Shown piece by piece: positions 25,120 through 39,224 of a stretch of DNA of 64,000 nucleotides. A model generated the notes under the pieces. It searched no databases, was not told the origin of the DNA, and saw only the letters and a list, made by a program, of their open reading frames with translations. Source of the stretch: the human T2T-CHM13v2.0 reference genome, Homo sapiens; the NCBI RefSeq assembly GCF_009914755.1, contig NC_060945.1; one strand, 5' to 3'. Each line of letters starts with the position of its first letter. The stretch's first letter is position 1. Both the position numbers and the translations under genes were made by a program.

Positions 25120-25555
25120 TTAATTCCATACTCTTACACTGGTGGCAGGTTGGTTCAGAAAAAGGCAACTGATGCGATTCTAACCAGTAGAACCAGAAGT
25201 AAATTCTACAGGAAGCCGCCTAAGGAAAGTTTTCTTATTCACAAAATAGAGTCACAGGAAACTGTAGTATCTCCTCTATTTTCCAAAATGCACTATTATT
25301 ATCACTGTTGCTGCTGCTGTTGATGTTGTTTAATTTTGTTTTGTTTGACATAGTTCTGCATCTGCTATTACCATAGTTATAACAGCTTAACATTAAAATT
25401 TTTTTAAATGGAAAACAGAGACATGAGAAGAAAGTCTGTTTCTGTTCGCTTTGTGACATCAATGAATCAGCCGGTGTTAGAGGTCAACTTCAGCAGTCAT
25501 TTTACATTTATTTTGTCCATCCAGAATGTGAATTGCCTTCTATGTTTGCAGACAC
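25120..25555 (+). mobile_element. Highly diverged MLT1K/L-like LTR
   Basis: ttggttcagaaa, attctaaccagtagaacc, taaggaaagttttctta, ends ttctatgtttgcag. Confidence 0.45.
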
Positions 25556-25899
25556 TTCCGCTTCTTGAAAAACAGCCTGAAACTCGTTATGAAATCTGAA
25601 ATGCCTTATATTCACTTTCCTACCCCTCCTTGTGTTGGAAGACATTTCCCCATGGATTTCTTGCATTCCTACATAGTCTGAGTACTCTGAGTAAAAGCAT
25701 TTACGGCCAATCATTGTATATGGAAACATTCCAAAACAGTAAAGTATATTTTTTTGGAGGATTTTTTTTACATCTCAGGATAACAAACATAGAAAATCCT
25801 TTCCCTTCTCCCCCAAAGATATTTGCTTATATTCTAGATTAAACCGAATATTCCAGTCTCTCTTTTTCTCTTTGGAGGGGAGGATCGGCAAGACATCAG

Positions 25900-26210
25900 G
25901 GGCCCTACCTAAAATCAGAGTTTCCTAATTTTGAGGATTTTTTTCCTGTGATGTATTCCACTGAATGTACACATAACATCTGGCTCTCATTGTGTTGCCC
26001 TGTGTGAACTGATGTACAGAGAACCAACATAAGATAAATGGTCTTTGTTTCTGACTAAGGAGTCATCTGTATTATATTAGCCTGCTAAGGTTATATATTC
26101 AACAAAGCAGAACGGATTCAGCATGGCAGCGTGGTCTGTGTTTTCTGTGGCAGACTGACTTGGTAGTTTACAATAGAGTAAAATCACAGATCTTTTACAG
26201 TCTTAGTTAG
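25900..26210 (+). mobile_element. ERVL LTR 3' portion (MER54/MER74-like)
   Basis: tctgactaaggagtc and ctgtggcagactgacttggtagtttacaatagagtaaaatcacagatcttttacagt resemble recalled MER54/74 3' end. Confidence 0.4.
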
Positions 26211-26479
26211 ACTTCATACTTAGAACCAGTGTATTGTCACATGACTTTGAATTCAACAATTGGCATCGCTTGCCCTATATTTTCAACTGGAAATATTGAT
26301 ATGAAAAATCAGGTACCATGCTGAAATTATAAACGCATTGGTTGAATTCTCCAGCATCCATCGGTGGTTATGTCTGCAGTGCTGTCTGCCCACACTGTGC
26401 CTATGGGCTTTGTCAACCCTGGGGATTCTAGTAAACATAAGTCAGCTCGTGTCATTCCTAAGCTCTTCCCTACCGTAAA

Positions 26480-26640
26480 AGAATTTGTTATTCTCAGTAA
26501 CACCTATTGCAGTTTTGTTTATTTCATTGTATAGTTTCTATGTTCCACACTGGAATGCAGTCTACAAAAAGGAAGGGATCGTATATCCCTCTGTCAACAC
26601 ATGATAGACTCTCAAAACTATTTCTGAGGAAATAAATATC
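26480..26640 (+). mobile_element. L2 3' end fragment
   Basis: cactggaatgcagtctac...acacatgatagactctcaaaactatttctgaggaaataaat. Confidence 0.5.
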
Positions 26641-26850
26641 AGGAATTTGAAGAAAAACATTATTGACTTTTAACAGTTTTTGAGGAAATTATCTATTGTG
26701 AGGAGTGTATAGATACTTTAGCATCTATAAATTAAAATTTTCACTCAAATATCTGAAGAATAAGTAGAAATGTTATTATGAAGAATAAAATATAACAATA
26801 TAGAGAGTATATAAAAATTTTAGTGCTAAAGTGCCAGTATGATTAGCTGT

Positions 26851-27389
26851 TGCATTAGTTACCTAGCTGCACATAGATTATTCAAAAACTTAGCATCTTA
26901 AAACAGAAAACATTTCATTATCTCACACAGATTTTGTGGTTGGGGAATCCTGAAGTGGCTTAGCAGAGGAATTCTGGCTCCAAATCTCTCATGTGGTTGT
27001 CATGATTTGGTTGTGGCTGCTGTCATTTGAAGGCTTGGCTGTGGCTGGAGGATTCGCTTTCATGATGGGCTCACTCCCAGAACTACCAAATTAATCTGCC
27101 TGTTGGCAGGAGTACTCACTTTCTCATCATATGGACCTATCCATTGCAGTGTTGCAGTGTTGCAGTAGACTTAATCATAGCAGCAGCGTTCCCCCAAAGG
27201 GTGATCTGATAGAACAACGCAATACCAAAATGTCTTGTATGACTTAGCCTTGGAGTCATATTCTGTAATTTCCCTGGTATCATGTTGGTTACACCATTTA
27301 GCTTGATTCCACAATGGAAGGGACCTAACCAGGGCCTGACCACCACAAGGTGAGAATGGAGGGGGGCAACAATGGAGGCTGCTTACCAC
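26851..27389 (-). mobile_element. MLT1F-like solo LTR
   Basis: aaaacttagcatcttaaaac...attatctcac...gtcatttgaaggcttggctgtggctggaggattcgcttt...ggaggctgcttaccac. Confidence 0.8.
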
Positions 27390-28414
27390 TGCAATAATGC
27401 CAGTCTTGGAAGTTCCACCTCCTACCAAGGAAAGCGTGGATCTTACAGGCTCTGTTAAGCATGTTTATATTAATTGACAAAGGGAATGACAAGGACAAGC
27501 CAAATAATGAGACTAGTGGATTTAGTTTTGTGGTATTATGTGAGATTTTTAATTTCTCTAGGCATTATTTTTCATTCCTACTTAAAAGAGCTGTTGTGAT
27601 AATGAAATTGAACATGTGTTGAAAGACTTGACAACTCTAACATAGTAGTAGTAGTATGTACATAGGATTGATTATTTTCATCATCAAGAACACCTCTTAT
27701 CCACACAATTTCCAGCAGAGATAATTTAACTGACATGGAGATTGAATTAGTACTATATTCTTGCCACATGATTTTTTGGATGTTGGCAGGTTATATGTAT
27801 GATAAACTGACTGAAAACTCAAGACTTCCTCACATACAGTAAGTGTTCATGGTACTTACTTACTAATTCTAATCCCTAGCAGATGTTTTCATTAAAATAA
27901 TCATAGTGAAAACTAACATATGAGCATTGGTTAGGAGCAACCATCCTGTATTTACATTTTGATCAATATCAGAAGAATTGCACAGACTCTCATAAAGCAT
28001 GTTGAAAAGAGACTTTAAAGTGCATTGTATAATTTATGGTATGTTACAAAGAATTTTTTTTCTCAATTTCTAGAAAGTATCTGAAGAAAGAGTATCTGGG
28101 GAGAAAATCATTTGTTTTGGATAAACTTCTGTCTCACAATATTTATCTTCCAATTTGATCTCTTTTAGAAACTGTTACTTGAGCTCCATTTTTCCCACTT
28201 GGTTACTTAGGTTCTATTTTCCCTACTGTACCAGGGCCAACTGAATCTATTACAAAAGCCCCTTAGCATTTTCTTCTGATTCTGTTGTCAAACTTCTTGT
28301 AACCTCCAATCATTAATATGTTTCTGAATTTTTAGTGAGAATATTGCTCTACATAGTTAATTAAAATTTAAAAGTACACCTAAACTTATGCCTAATATGA
28401 TACATGTTATATAT

Positions 28415-29896
28415 ATTTTAAATTTCAACTTTTACTTTAGATACAGTGGGTACATGTGCAGATTTGTCATGTGGGAATATTCCATGATGCTGAGGTTTGG
28501 AATATGGATCCCATCACCCAGATAGCAAGCATAGCATCTGATATCTTGTTTCTAACCCACCCCACCTCTAGTAGTCCACAGCATCTGTTCTTCCCATGTT
28601 TATGTGTATGTGTGCTGAAAGTTTAGCTCCTTTTTATAACTGAAAAATGTGGCATTTTGTTTTCTGTTTCTGCCTTAATTCGTTTACAGTTACAGCCTCC
28701 AGTTCAGTCCATTGTTGCTTCAAAGGACATGATTTCATTCTTTTTTATCGTTGCATAGCATTTCATGGTGTATATGTACTACATTTTCTTTATTCAGTTT
28801 ACCATTGATGGGCACCTGGGTTCATTCCATGTCTTTGCTATTGTGAATAATGCAGCAATGAACATATGAGTGCATGTGTCTTTTTGGTAGAATGATTTTT
28901 TTTTGGTATTTTTTATTAGATAGGTAGATGTAGATACAGACATAGATATACATAGGTATATAAAATACAAGTAATGGGATTGCTGGGTCAAATGATAGCC
29001 CTGTTTTAAGTTCTTTGAGAAACCTCCAAACTGGTATCCACAGTGACTAGACTAATTTACATTCACACCAACAGTGTATAAGTGTTCCCTTTTCTCTTCA
29101 ACCTCTCCAGCATCTGTTGTTTTTTGACTTTTTAATAATAACCATTCTGACTCATGCGAGATGACATGCTATTGTTGTTTTGATTTGCATTTCTCTAATG
29201 ATTAGTGATGCTGAGTATTTTTTCATGTTTGTTGACCACTGGTATGTCTTCCTTTGAGAAACATCTGTTCATGTCCTTTGCCTATTTTTTAATGGGGTCA
29301 TTTGTCTTTTGTTTGTTGATTTGAGTTCCCTATAGATTTTGGATATTAGGCCTTTGTTGAATGCATAATTTGTAAATATCTTCTCCTATTCTGTAGGTTG
29401 CTTGTTTGTTCTGTTGATAGTCTCTTGTGCTGTGCAGAAGCTCTTTATTTAATTAGGTCCCGCTTGTGTATTTTTGCTTTTGTTGCAATTGCTTTTGGTG
29501 ACTTAGCCAAAAATTCTTTGCCAAGGCTGATGTCAAAAAGAATATTTCCTAGGTTGTGATCCGGGATTTTTATAGTTTGAGGTTTTAATATATAAATCTT
29601 TGCTCTATTTTGAGTTAACTCTTGTATATAGTAAAAAGTAGGGGTCCATCTTCAATCTTCTGCATATGGCCAGCCAGTTATCCCGGCATCATTTATTGAA
29701 TAAAGAGTCCTTTTCCTAATGCCTGTTTTTGTCAGCCTTGCCAAAGATCAGATAGTTGTAAGAGTGTGGCTTTATTTCTGAGATCTACTCTATTCCATTT
29801 GTCTATTTGTCTGTTTTTGTACCAGTTCCAAGTTGTTTTGGTTACTGTGGCTTTATAGTATAGTTGGAAGTCGGGTAGTGTGATGCCTCCAGCTTT
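28415..29896 (-). mobile_element. 5'-truncated L1PA16-like LINE-1
   Basis: catgatgctgaggtttgg 3' UTR type; ORF2 remnants ([25 protein letters not shown] in ORF 29732-29920). Confidence 0.92.
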
Positions 29897-31960
29897 ACTT
29901 ACAAAGGTATTCTCACTCATGTCTTAAGGTACTTAAGAGTAAATGTTCTAAAATATCACATATATTTTAAAGATATTTGAAGGTCTTTAATTGCTACTGT
30001 TAAAAGTACAGTGATTGTGTTTCTAATACTTAAAACATTAGTTGTGTTAAAATATAACAGATTATCTGAATTTTTTTTCTCAATTTGAATGGATACCCTC
30101 ATGTAGACCAATGGCCTATGTAAATTTCCAATTTTATATAGAAGATATTTGGGGCTTAAACCTTTTATCCTTTTACAAATTCACATAGCTGAATTTAAAA
30201 TTTTTACATGATTCTAAATACATTGGAAGGGAAAATTCAAAACTGAAGTGTTTAATCCTTTTTTTAAAAAATCACATTATGTCTAATGTCTAATTCACTG
30301 TCTGTGACTATTAGGTATCTTCTGGCACTGTAATATTCCAGGTTGTTCCCTCCCACTGAAAATCTGTTCTCATATTATTTTTCCCAGATAGCAATGATAT
30401 TTCATTTTTCAAAGTTCAAGCTTGTTTTTCTCACAGTTTTTTAAAATAAAAGTTACTCGTCTTACAAAACTACTTAACAGTTTACCTCTATCCTCATAGT
30501 TCACATTTTATGTTGTCTGTCTTATAACTAATTAATTAAAATGTGATAAAAATGCCCCCAAAATAAAACTATTCAAATACGTGACTTGAAGTAACAAGAA
30601 AGAGGACAAACATTTAAATTTTCTTCAAAGCAACTTCAAGGTATGAACTTTGTTATGATTCTCTATGTATTCAATAAAACACTGCTCTATACAACTAATT
30701 AAACATTTCACACCATGACCTTTCTTTGTGGGATTAATCTATGTACTAAGAGATTTAATTGGATACTGGGTCAAGCATTGGATGATGTATAGAAAAACAT
30801 CTATTGCCCACGCACAGAAATTCATGAAACCAAACAAACAAAGACATCGATTATCTAGAAATTTCAGGTTAAAAATGACCTTCTCAGTTTTAAATAATAG
30901 GTTTGTTTTCAAAATTAGGTTGACTTCAAAGTTTTAGATATACTGGCATTATCCTTATTTTAATGTTGGTTATTCATAGAAAGAGCCAATACCTATTTTT
31001 TTAAAGGGGTTAAATATGTCTCATATGATATCTTTAGATTTCAGGCTCTATTATTACATTTATGAAGTATATTGCAATTATCTATTTCTAGCTACTCAGC
31101 TAAATGTTCAGCTCTCAATGTCTATTCATTTAGTATCGTCTATGTTAAAAATGCAAAACAATTATTATCTTTCAATTAAACTGTTCTACACTTTCTAGAG
31201 GCTGATTTCTAAGCAAATAAGATTACTAAAGAATAGTATTCATTCAAGGTTAGAAACGGATTGTGAAATTTAAGTGAATTTCTTACTTATATATGAGGCC
31301 AATTTTATCGAGCATTTTTCATGGTCATATGGCTTATTAATAGAAGGCAAGCTAAAGTATATCTCAATCACACAACAAATTAAGTACCATGCAATATTTA
31401 ATTGGTGGTACTCATGGGGTGTAATAATAAAATTAACTTTATTTCTGTCTTCCATCTTAAATCTCTCAGTCTGGATTTTCTTCCCCTTAAACAAACTTGA
31501 AAAGGTAGAAGGACTCCATGGCATTTCTGATCACAATTAAATAACAAAAAGTCCAACAGCCATTTAATAATAGAAACACAGTTTCAATTCGGTAATTAAA
31601 AACATCCAGTATATTAATCGATACTACAATGATCATTCAATGATAAGACTTTTTTTTTCTCAGCTAAATCCAGCTGTAATGGTTGTCAGCTGCTTTAAGG
31701 TAAAGGAGGCGTCATGTTTTGTCTCTCACTCATTACTCGTTAATTTTTCTTTTTTCTACTATTTAACCCCAAGGGAACAAAGAGATTGGAGAGAAGAGAG
31801 GTGAGGAAATCAAAGAGTTTAATTCACTGGTGCTTTGTAAGATGGCTTTGCAGTCTTCTCATTATTAAATATTTAAAGCTTATTCTTTCACAGGTACTTT
31901 CATAAGTCCTTTGCTGAATTCTTCAATTAAGACATGGCCTCCACTTTTCCTTTAGCCAGC

Positions 31961-32397
31961 TGCTATGGTTTGAGTGTGTCCCCCAGGTTTCATATGTTGA
32001 AAATTTGGTTCCTGGTGTGGTCATTTTGGGAGGTTGGGTCTTTAAGAAGTGATTAGGTCATTAAGAGGAATAATGCCACTCTCTTGGAACTAAGTAATTT
32101 CTCACAGGAGTAAATGAGAGCAGATAAGTTACCTTCTCCAGAGACCAGATTAGCTACCTCGAGAGAGGGTTGTTATAAACTAAGGCCACCCTTTGCGTTT
32201 TGCCCCTTTCAAACACACCCACTTCCTTCTTCCTCTTCTCTGCCTTGTTACAATGAATTATGAAAGCCCTGGCCAGAAGCTCCTGCCATGTTTTTGGACT
32301 TTGCAGCCTCCAGAACCATGAGTGAAAACAAACCTCTTTTTTATAAATAACTGATTTCAAGTATATTGTTACAGCAACAAAAAACAGGAAAAGTCAG
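31961..32397 (+). mobile_element. MSTC/MSTD-like solo LTR
   Basis: tgctatggtttgagtgtgtccccca...ggactttgcagcctccagaaccatgag...tgttacagcaaca. Confidence 0.8.
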
Positions 32398-32437
32398 CAA
32401 CCACTTCAGATTTTTATTCTTCAGTGTCTGCTCCACA

Positions 32438-32481
32438 GGGGTCCTATTATTGCTGGGGTCCTACTATTGCTGGGGTCCTAC
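32438..32481. repeat. 17-bp minisatellite, about 2.6 copies
   Basis: ggggtccta(t/c)tattgct x2 plus ggggtcctac. Confidence 0.9.
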
Positions 32482-32717
32482 AGCCACAGCAGACTATCTC
32501 TTGGGCTGACTTCCCTACAGTGGTTGCTATTGATTTCAGGAACCACACATCTTTGGTCCACTGTCTGACAGTAGTGTAGCTGCTTTCAAGTTTTTAGGCC
32601 CCCTTTCTGATGACTTTGGTCACTACTTTCCACAAGTGCGAATTAGAATTTCATTGTCTGTGCCCTTCTAACTACATAAAGTACAATGTAAGCTCTAGGA
32701 ATGACCTAGTTAAAACC

Positions 32718-33067
32718 TTATATGGTCTGAATATTTGTGTCCTGCAAAAGTTGTATGTTGAAACCTAATCACCAATGTGCTGATGTTAAGAGGTGATTAC
32801 ATGATGGCAGTACAGCCCTCATTAATGGGATTAGTATCCTTATAAAACTAGGCCAACAGAGCTCCTTAGTCTTTTTAGCTATGGAGGACACAGCTGGAAG
32901 ACACCATCTATAAATCAGAAAGCAGGCCCTTGCCAGACACCAAATTTATTGGCACTTTGTTCTTGGGTTTCATAGCTTCTAGAACTATGAAAAATAATTT
33001 TCTGTTGTTTATAAGCTACCAAGTTTATCGCATTTTGTTATAGCAGCCTGAACCAGCCAAGATAACA
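32718..33067 (+). mobile_element. MLT1A0-like solo LTR
   Basis: tatggtctgaatatttgtgtcc...aatgggattagt.ccttataaa...ttctgttgtttataagc...ttttgttatagcagcctgaac. Confidence 0.85.
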
Positions 33068-33349
33068 GCCCTCTGACTAGGCTTAAGGTTAGAAAAAGAA
33101 CCTTATCACCTCCTCTATACTCTTTTCTCAGTGGAGAGTAGGTTAAGGCTAACGGCACTTCCTGAAAATGTGGCTCAAAACTCATCCTTTTCTATCCATA
33201 CTCTCAAACACTTCACATCATAGATATGAACAAGGGAACCATTTATCAGTCAACAGCTTTAAATCTCCACATGGACCAGCAAATCTTTTGAGATAAAACA
33301 AATTTTGGACTTTGATAGTTTAGCTAAGAGTTTTGAGTTTAGCTTTTTT

Positions 33350-33900
33350 TTATAGGTGCTACATATTAGACATTATCATGGAGATGCAATTCTGAACACA
33401 AATAATTATGGTGTCTGTGCTCATGGAGCTTAGTGTCTATTAATTGAAGGGAAATTAGACATTATTTAAATAATAATAAAGTGTATAAGTATGGGAGGTG
33501 CTTGGAAAGGGAAGCGAATGTTGTTGTGAGACGTATTCTAAAGATGGTTGGACGAGTAGAAGGATAAGTGGAGCCTTCTCTAGGTAAGGAAACATTTCTT
33601 TGAGATTTGAATGTTGATAACAAATTAATTCCATAGCAGGAAAAGTGGGGTATAGGGAGAGTTATGAATAACATATGAGGCAGAGGAAACTTCTCTGTAA
33701 TGTTTTAAGTTGTGACAGACAGAACAAAAATGGTCTATGGGGCTTGTTTGAGAGAGCGAGGAGTTCTTGCGGGAACGATATGAGGACTGAGATTTTCACA
33801 GAGAGCAGAAAGTTATGCAGGGCACAAGGGGCAATGTTAAGCGTTTATTTTTTTGTCTTAAATGCAGTGCAAATCCAGCAAAGGGTTCTGAGTTGAGGGT
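33350..33900 (-). mobile_element. L2 remnant
   Basis: ggagatgcaattctgaaca..gtctgtgctcatggagctta; gagatttgaatg; purine-rich antisense L2 signature. Confidence 0.6.
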
Positions 33901-34559
33901 AGAAGTTGAGGATGAAATTAATATTTTGAAAAGAGTCATTGGTTGTAATTGGAAAAAAAATAGATTTTTTGTAGAGAAGCATGCAATAGTGGATGAGGAA
34001 GACAAAGAGGCAACTGCAACACTCTGTGTGAGATTTGTTTCAACTAGAGTGAGATAGCAAGATCTTGCAACTTTACCATACAGCTTATAACCTCACTTGC
34101 CCAGCTTTACTTTTTAGACTGTCTGGTTGCCTGGTTGCTAGAACAGACACATTTTTGACAAGGTTTAGAGTGGCACATTTTATAAAATGATAGGAGGCAA
34201 ATGTAGCCCACCAGTGAAAGTCTGCCTAATGGCTGATGCAGAAAGTTCCACTGACTCTATACACTTCAGGTTCAAGTATCATCTATGGTACTTTACTAAA
34301 TTTGATATTGTTTAGACATTAAAGGAGATTCACATTAGATAACTACTTAAAAACAAACTAAATGGGTGCTACCTTTATCTTCGTGTCTTTCTTACAAAAT
34401 GCTTGCATGACTTATAAGGCAATAGCATGCGTAGAACAACTCCTTAGTGCAAAAGAGTGTATCTGCAATGATATTTTGGGAAGTGTCCACTACCCACTCT
34501 TAATCCTTGCAGAAAAGGGCTTTCATGACATGGATGCTTTCTATTACTAAAACATGCTG

Positions 34560-35012
34560 TAATCTTCCACTAGTCCCCACCTCACAGTTTATACTCCAAC
34601 TTTGGTAAGCTATTTTTGTTCCCATGACCCACCATGTAGTTTCATGTTGGTAGAGTTTTCCAAGTCTCTTGGCTTAAAAAAAGGTTGTGTCCCTCCCATT
34701 CTCTTGGATTTAGATTTCTTGTTCTTTAGCATTTAGCTCAGATGCCATCACAATTAGGAAGCCCCAATATCTCTTGTCACTACTCCAATCCCAACCTCAA
34801 AGCAGGTTTAAATATCCTCCTCTTGTCTTCTCTAAAGTCCATTAAAGTTTTATTCATTTCACTTGTCACGTGTAATTAGAATTTTCTCTTTGAATATCTG
34901 ATTTTCCTACTTCAAACTCTTTGATAGGTTTGTTTTTAATTCGCTTATGCCTGCTTAGAACTTAGTACACTGTGTAAATGATAGATACACGGAAAATATT
35001 TGTTGGAGTAAA
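34560..35012 (+). mobile_element. L2 3' region
   Basis: tttagctcagatgccatc..aggaagcc...aaatatttgttggagtaaa. Confidence 0.6.
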
Positions 35013-36224
35013 CTAAGCTGGTGTCCCACAAAATCTTTTCAGTGTTCACTATGAAAACACTTCTTTGAAAAGTGTGCCTTGTTACGTGTATATTGGCTCT
35101 AATGGTTATTGTTGAGTGCAATCTTTCATTCAGGACATGCACCTCGACTTTGACACTAATTAGATTGAATCAGTTAATAAGATTGCCATGGCATATTTAT
35201 GACAACAGTTGTGGAAATAAGTTATTACCTCTGTAGAGATATTTCAAATTAATCTTATATTTTCTCCAGTTTCTTCATCTTTAGATATGCCAAATAAGGC
35301 AATTGAGCATTCACTTTTTTTCAGAATGCATTTTAGGAGTAATTTTGAAGTGTGAAGTGTTGAAATAATATGCATTTATCTTTTTCCTCTTATCTCAGAG
35401 CTCAAAATGATAATTTATTATATTGAGATTGTAGGAGCTAGCACTATGGAAATGCATAAAAATAAAGAACATAAAACTTTTTGTAATAATTTGCTTTTTG
35501 GCAAACAAAGTTTAAATTGTCTTTAAATCCTAAAAGTATATTTGTAACAACAAGCTTTATACTATTAATATTTTATGTCAGTATGCATTTGCAACTGATA
35601 AAGTCTCTTGAAATATAATATTATTTCATTCAGAATAATATTTTTTGTATTTGTGGATCTTTGTGTTGTGCTAGGAACTGAGGCTACAAATAAAAAGAGA
35701 CATAATTTCTATTCTCCTGGATATTTCATTCTAATTAGGGAGACATATAACAATTAGGATGATGAGAATTAATGGCACAAAGTGCTTGCTAGGGTTAAGG
35801 GCAGTGACACTGAGGGTTTTCCTAAAATTTTTGAGGTAAGACAAATAACATTGTCTTTTGGTTGACAAATGAATTCGCAAAGAAATAATGGTAAAAAACC
35901 TGAAGATATAAGGAACAAGTTACTGAATGTAGAGATCATATTTAAAGAAGTGGCTACTCAGAACAGAGGTTGGACAGTGGAAAAAGAGGATCATAGAAGC
36001 ACACATAGTTTTAATCAAAGGGCTGTTTAAGGGAATGAGGATTTTAGTAAAATTGTTTTAAATATTCTAGCTCAATGGCTGTTTAATTATATCATTAAAA
36101 GTTATGCTAGAAGTTCATGCAAAAAAAAATTTTAAGAAGACCACACACTTTGTAAAGATGAAAACCATAATATATGTTATTTTTTCAATTCTTTTCATTA
36201 TTGTTTCATGCTAACCAAACACAC

Positions 36225-36521
36225 TTTTTTTTTCTGAGATATTGGAGACAGGATCTCTCTCTGTTGCCCATACTAGAGTGCAATGAGGCAATCATAGCTC
36301 ATGGTAAACTTTAACTCCTGGGCTCCAGCGATCCTCCTACCTCAGCCTCCCAAGTAGCTAAGACTACATCCATGTACCACCAGGATCAGCTACTATTTGT
36401 ATTTTTTTTTTTTTTAGAGACAGGGTCTCACTGTGTTGCCCAGGCTGGGCATAAGTGATCCTCCCACCTCCTCAGCCTCCCAAAGCAATGGGATTACAGG
36501 TATGAGCCACTGTGCCTGGCC
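36225..36521 (-). mobile_element. AluJ (Jo/Jr-like) with short internal deletion
   Basis: antisense dimer; TSD taaccaa(a/g)ca(c/a)acttt on both flanks. Confidence 0.9.
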
Positions 36522-36849
36522 TAACCAAGCAAACTTTCATTGTTATGTGGTTTCTAGGTCTCCTACAGGGCAAAAAGTAGTGCTGGTTAGGCCAAGATAA
36601 ATATTCCTATCTCAATGAAAATTACACATCTCTTTATGTTGACAGATGATGTTCTGATGTGAGCTGATGTGAGCTAGTTTAATATAAAGCTACCATTAGA
36701 AATAGGTAGGTCCAAAATGCTCTAAAGGAATCAAGTTGCAGTACCTGCAGAAGTGGAGACTATGGCAAATTTGACAACATAGAAAAGATTCTAAATGGCA
36801 GAGATTTAGGTAGAATTAGAGAGAGATTAGGTAGAATTTGAGACAGAAT

Positions 36850-36975
36850 GCTTCTTAAGTTCATTTCCTGGGTTAACTACTTGTCATCTTGAAAGATTTG
36901 CTTTCTGTTCATCTGTTTCTTTATCCATGTAAAGTGGGGGAGTATGTTATTTACCTTCTATCATTATTGTCAAGT
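36850..36975 (+). mobile_element. MIR fragment
   Basis: catctgtttctttatccatgtaaagtgggg core. Confidence 0.5.
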
Positions 36976-37238
36976 TATTAATCTATTTTAAAACAGAAAA
37001 CTGTGTTTACAGAATTATAAACAGTAATATATTCTAAAGTCTACTTACAACTTTTAAAAACTTGGAAGGCTGAGCCTCCCTGTGCCTCAATCAGAAAGCT
37101 AGGGGATCAATAAGCCATCGATACAGCTGTTGTCTCCAGAAATACACCATTGTCACTTCGGCCTATGGATCAGAGAGCAACTGCTTCAGTATTTGGTTCT
37201 AGAGCCACACCCTCTCTTTTAGATCATTAATTACAGAT

Positions 37239-37647
37239 TGTTATGGTTTGGATCTGTGTTCATGCTCAAATCTCATATCCAGTTGTAATCGCCAATGTTG
37301 GAAGTCGGGCATGGTGGGAGGTGATCAGATCATGGGGGCGGTTTTTCATGTATTAACACCATCCCCCTTGGTGGTGGTGTGGTGACAGTGAGTTCTCGCG
37401 AGATCTGGTTGTTTAAAAACGTGTGGCACCGCCTTTCTCTCTGTCTTTATCCTGCTCCTACCATATAAGACACCTGCTACCATGTGGCCATCTGCAATGA
37501 GTAAAACCTCCCTGAGACCTCCTCAAAAGAGATGCTGGCATGCTTCCCGTACAGTCTGCTGAACCATGAGTCAATTAAACCTCTTTTCTTTATGAATTAC
37601 CTAGTTTCAGGTATTACTTTATAGCAACGCGAGAACAGACTAATACA
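37239..37647 (+). mobile_element. MSTA solo LTR
   Basis: TG...CA termini, caaatctcat, tgaaccatgagtcaattaaacctcttttc, gactaataca; TSD cagat/caaat. Confidence 0.9.
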
Positions 37648-38149
37648 CAAATACTACAAAGTATTGGCATTCTCTGTTTTCTTAAATAGGCTCCAAATTC
37701 AGATACTGTGAAATTGCATCTGATTAGCAGATCCTCAATAACACCCATAACCCCAGTCACAGGGGCATCTACGGAATGAAATTTAGCTTCCCAGACTTTG
37801 TAACAGAGGAAGAGAGAAAATTTACTACAGGGGTTTGGTACCCCAATCTACTATAGCAGATGGTACCCTTCTATCTTCTTTTAGTCTTTAAAATATATAT
37901 AGATTGGGTAGTCAAAGAGGACTGCTATCAGTGGATGCATATCAAATGAACTTTTAAAAATACATGAATAACCAAAAACTCCATCTCGAGTTACTAGGGT
38001 AGCCAAAAACTCTTAGGGACCCCCCAGACAAAGAGAAAAGCAGGAATAAAATTGCCGAACCAATATCTTGTGGTATATCTGTTTATTTCTAAGCTAGTTG
38101 TATTTGTATGGCTAGAGAGCATAATCTGAAAACGAAGCGGTGAATTAAG

Positions 38150-39170
38150 TTTGGAACTGTGCAAATAAGCCAAGGCAAAGCAAACCTTGTAGTCAGAGTA
38201 AGAATATAAATTTCATCCTGTAGTCATTAGGGAGCTACTAGAATTATTTTAAGTAGAGAATAACTAATTATATTTGCATTCGTGAAATAACACTCCACAG
38301 CAGTAGGAAGCATGATTTGGGGTGAGAGGAGAGTTTCCCATGCAGAAGGCAGGCAAGACAAGGGCCAAGACGATTTACAAATACTGAATCCAGAAAAAGA
38401 ATGATGAGAATATCAGTGAAGGGTACATAAGTGGTAATGGGGATAGGAGATTTTGTACATTTAGGGAGCTTTAATTTTATAACAGTAAATATTTGGGTGG
38501 GTAAGATATTATAAGTGATAATTTCAAGGTTAGAATAATTTTTCAACATTGGAAACATTCATACCTAGTGGGATGGGTTTGGGGAGAACAAGATGATTTA
38601 ATTTCCCTGTACTTAATATATTTATCTGCCCAAAGGGTCTTTCATAAGAAGATACTTTACATACAGTTAATTTTATAGGCAACATCCAGTGGACAAGGGG
38701 AATAACTGATGTGACATAAGTATTTGTGAATCTTAAACATAAGCAGAAAATAATGCCATGAGCGTATGTAAGGTTTCACATATGAAGCTGTACAGAAGGA
38801 GCAAATCGGGGGATGAAACCCTCCAGAAAACCAGCTTTTCAGTACAGAAAAAAAGGAGCCTCCAAAAAGACTGAAAAGATGTGGGAGGAAATAAAAGGAA
38901 AACACCGCTGCAGTAGCAGAGAACACTAAAGGTTACAGAGAAGTCAAAGAAGATAATATTGGAAAATATTTATGGGGTAAACACTTGCTATTGCAAACAC
39001 TGGCAAGAGTAGTTAGTATAAAATGACAAAAGAAGAAACCTGAATTCACGGTTGGAATTGAGGATGGAATGATTAATAAGTGAAAACTAACACTAAAAAT
39101 AAAAGATTTTCCCAAAATGTTTGACTCTAAAGCAAAAGAAATATTTGGTAATGGCAAGTCAAAGGTCCAC
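38150..39170 (-). mobile_element. Long diverged L2 remnant
   Basis: tagggagctactagaattattttaagtagag...tttgcatt; aggcaacatccagtggac; antisense L2 pattern. Confidence 0.6.
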
Positions 39171-39185
39171 GCAAAAGTAAAAGGG

Positions 39186-39186
39186 C

Positions 39187-39224
<38 letters not shown>

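Noticed and set aside
32438-32481. Short direct repeats resembling an array
   Set aside because: Head-to-tail minisatellite with no spacers; not CRISPR-like, and the DNA is eukaryotic
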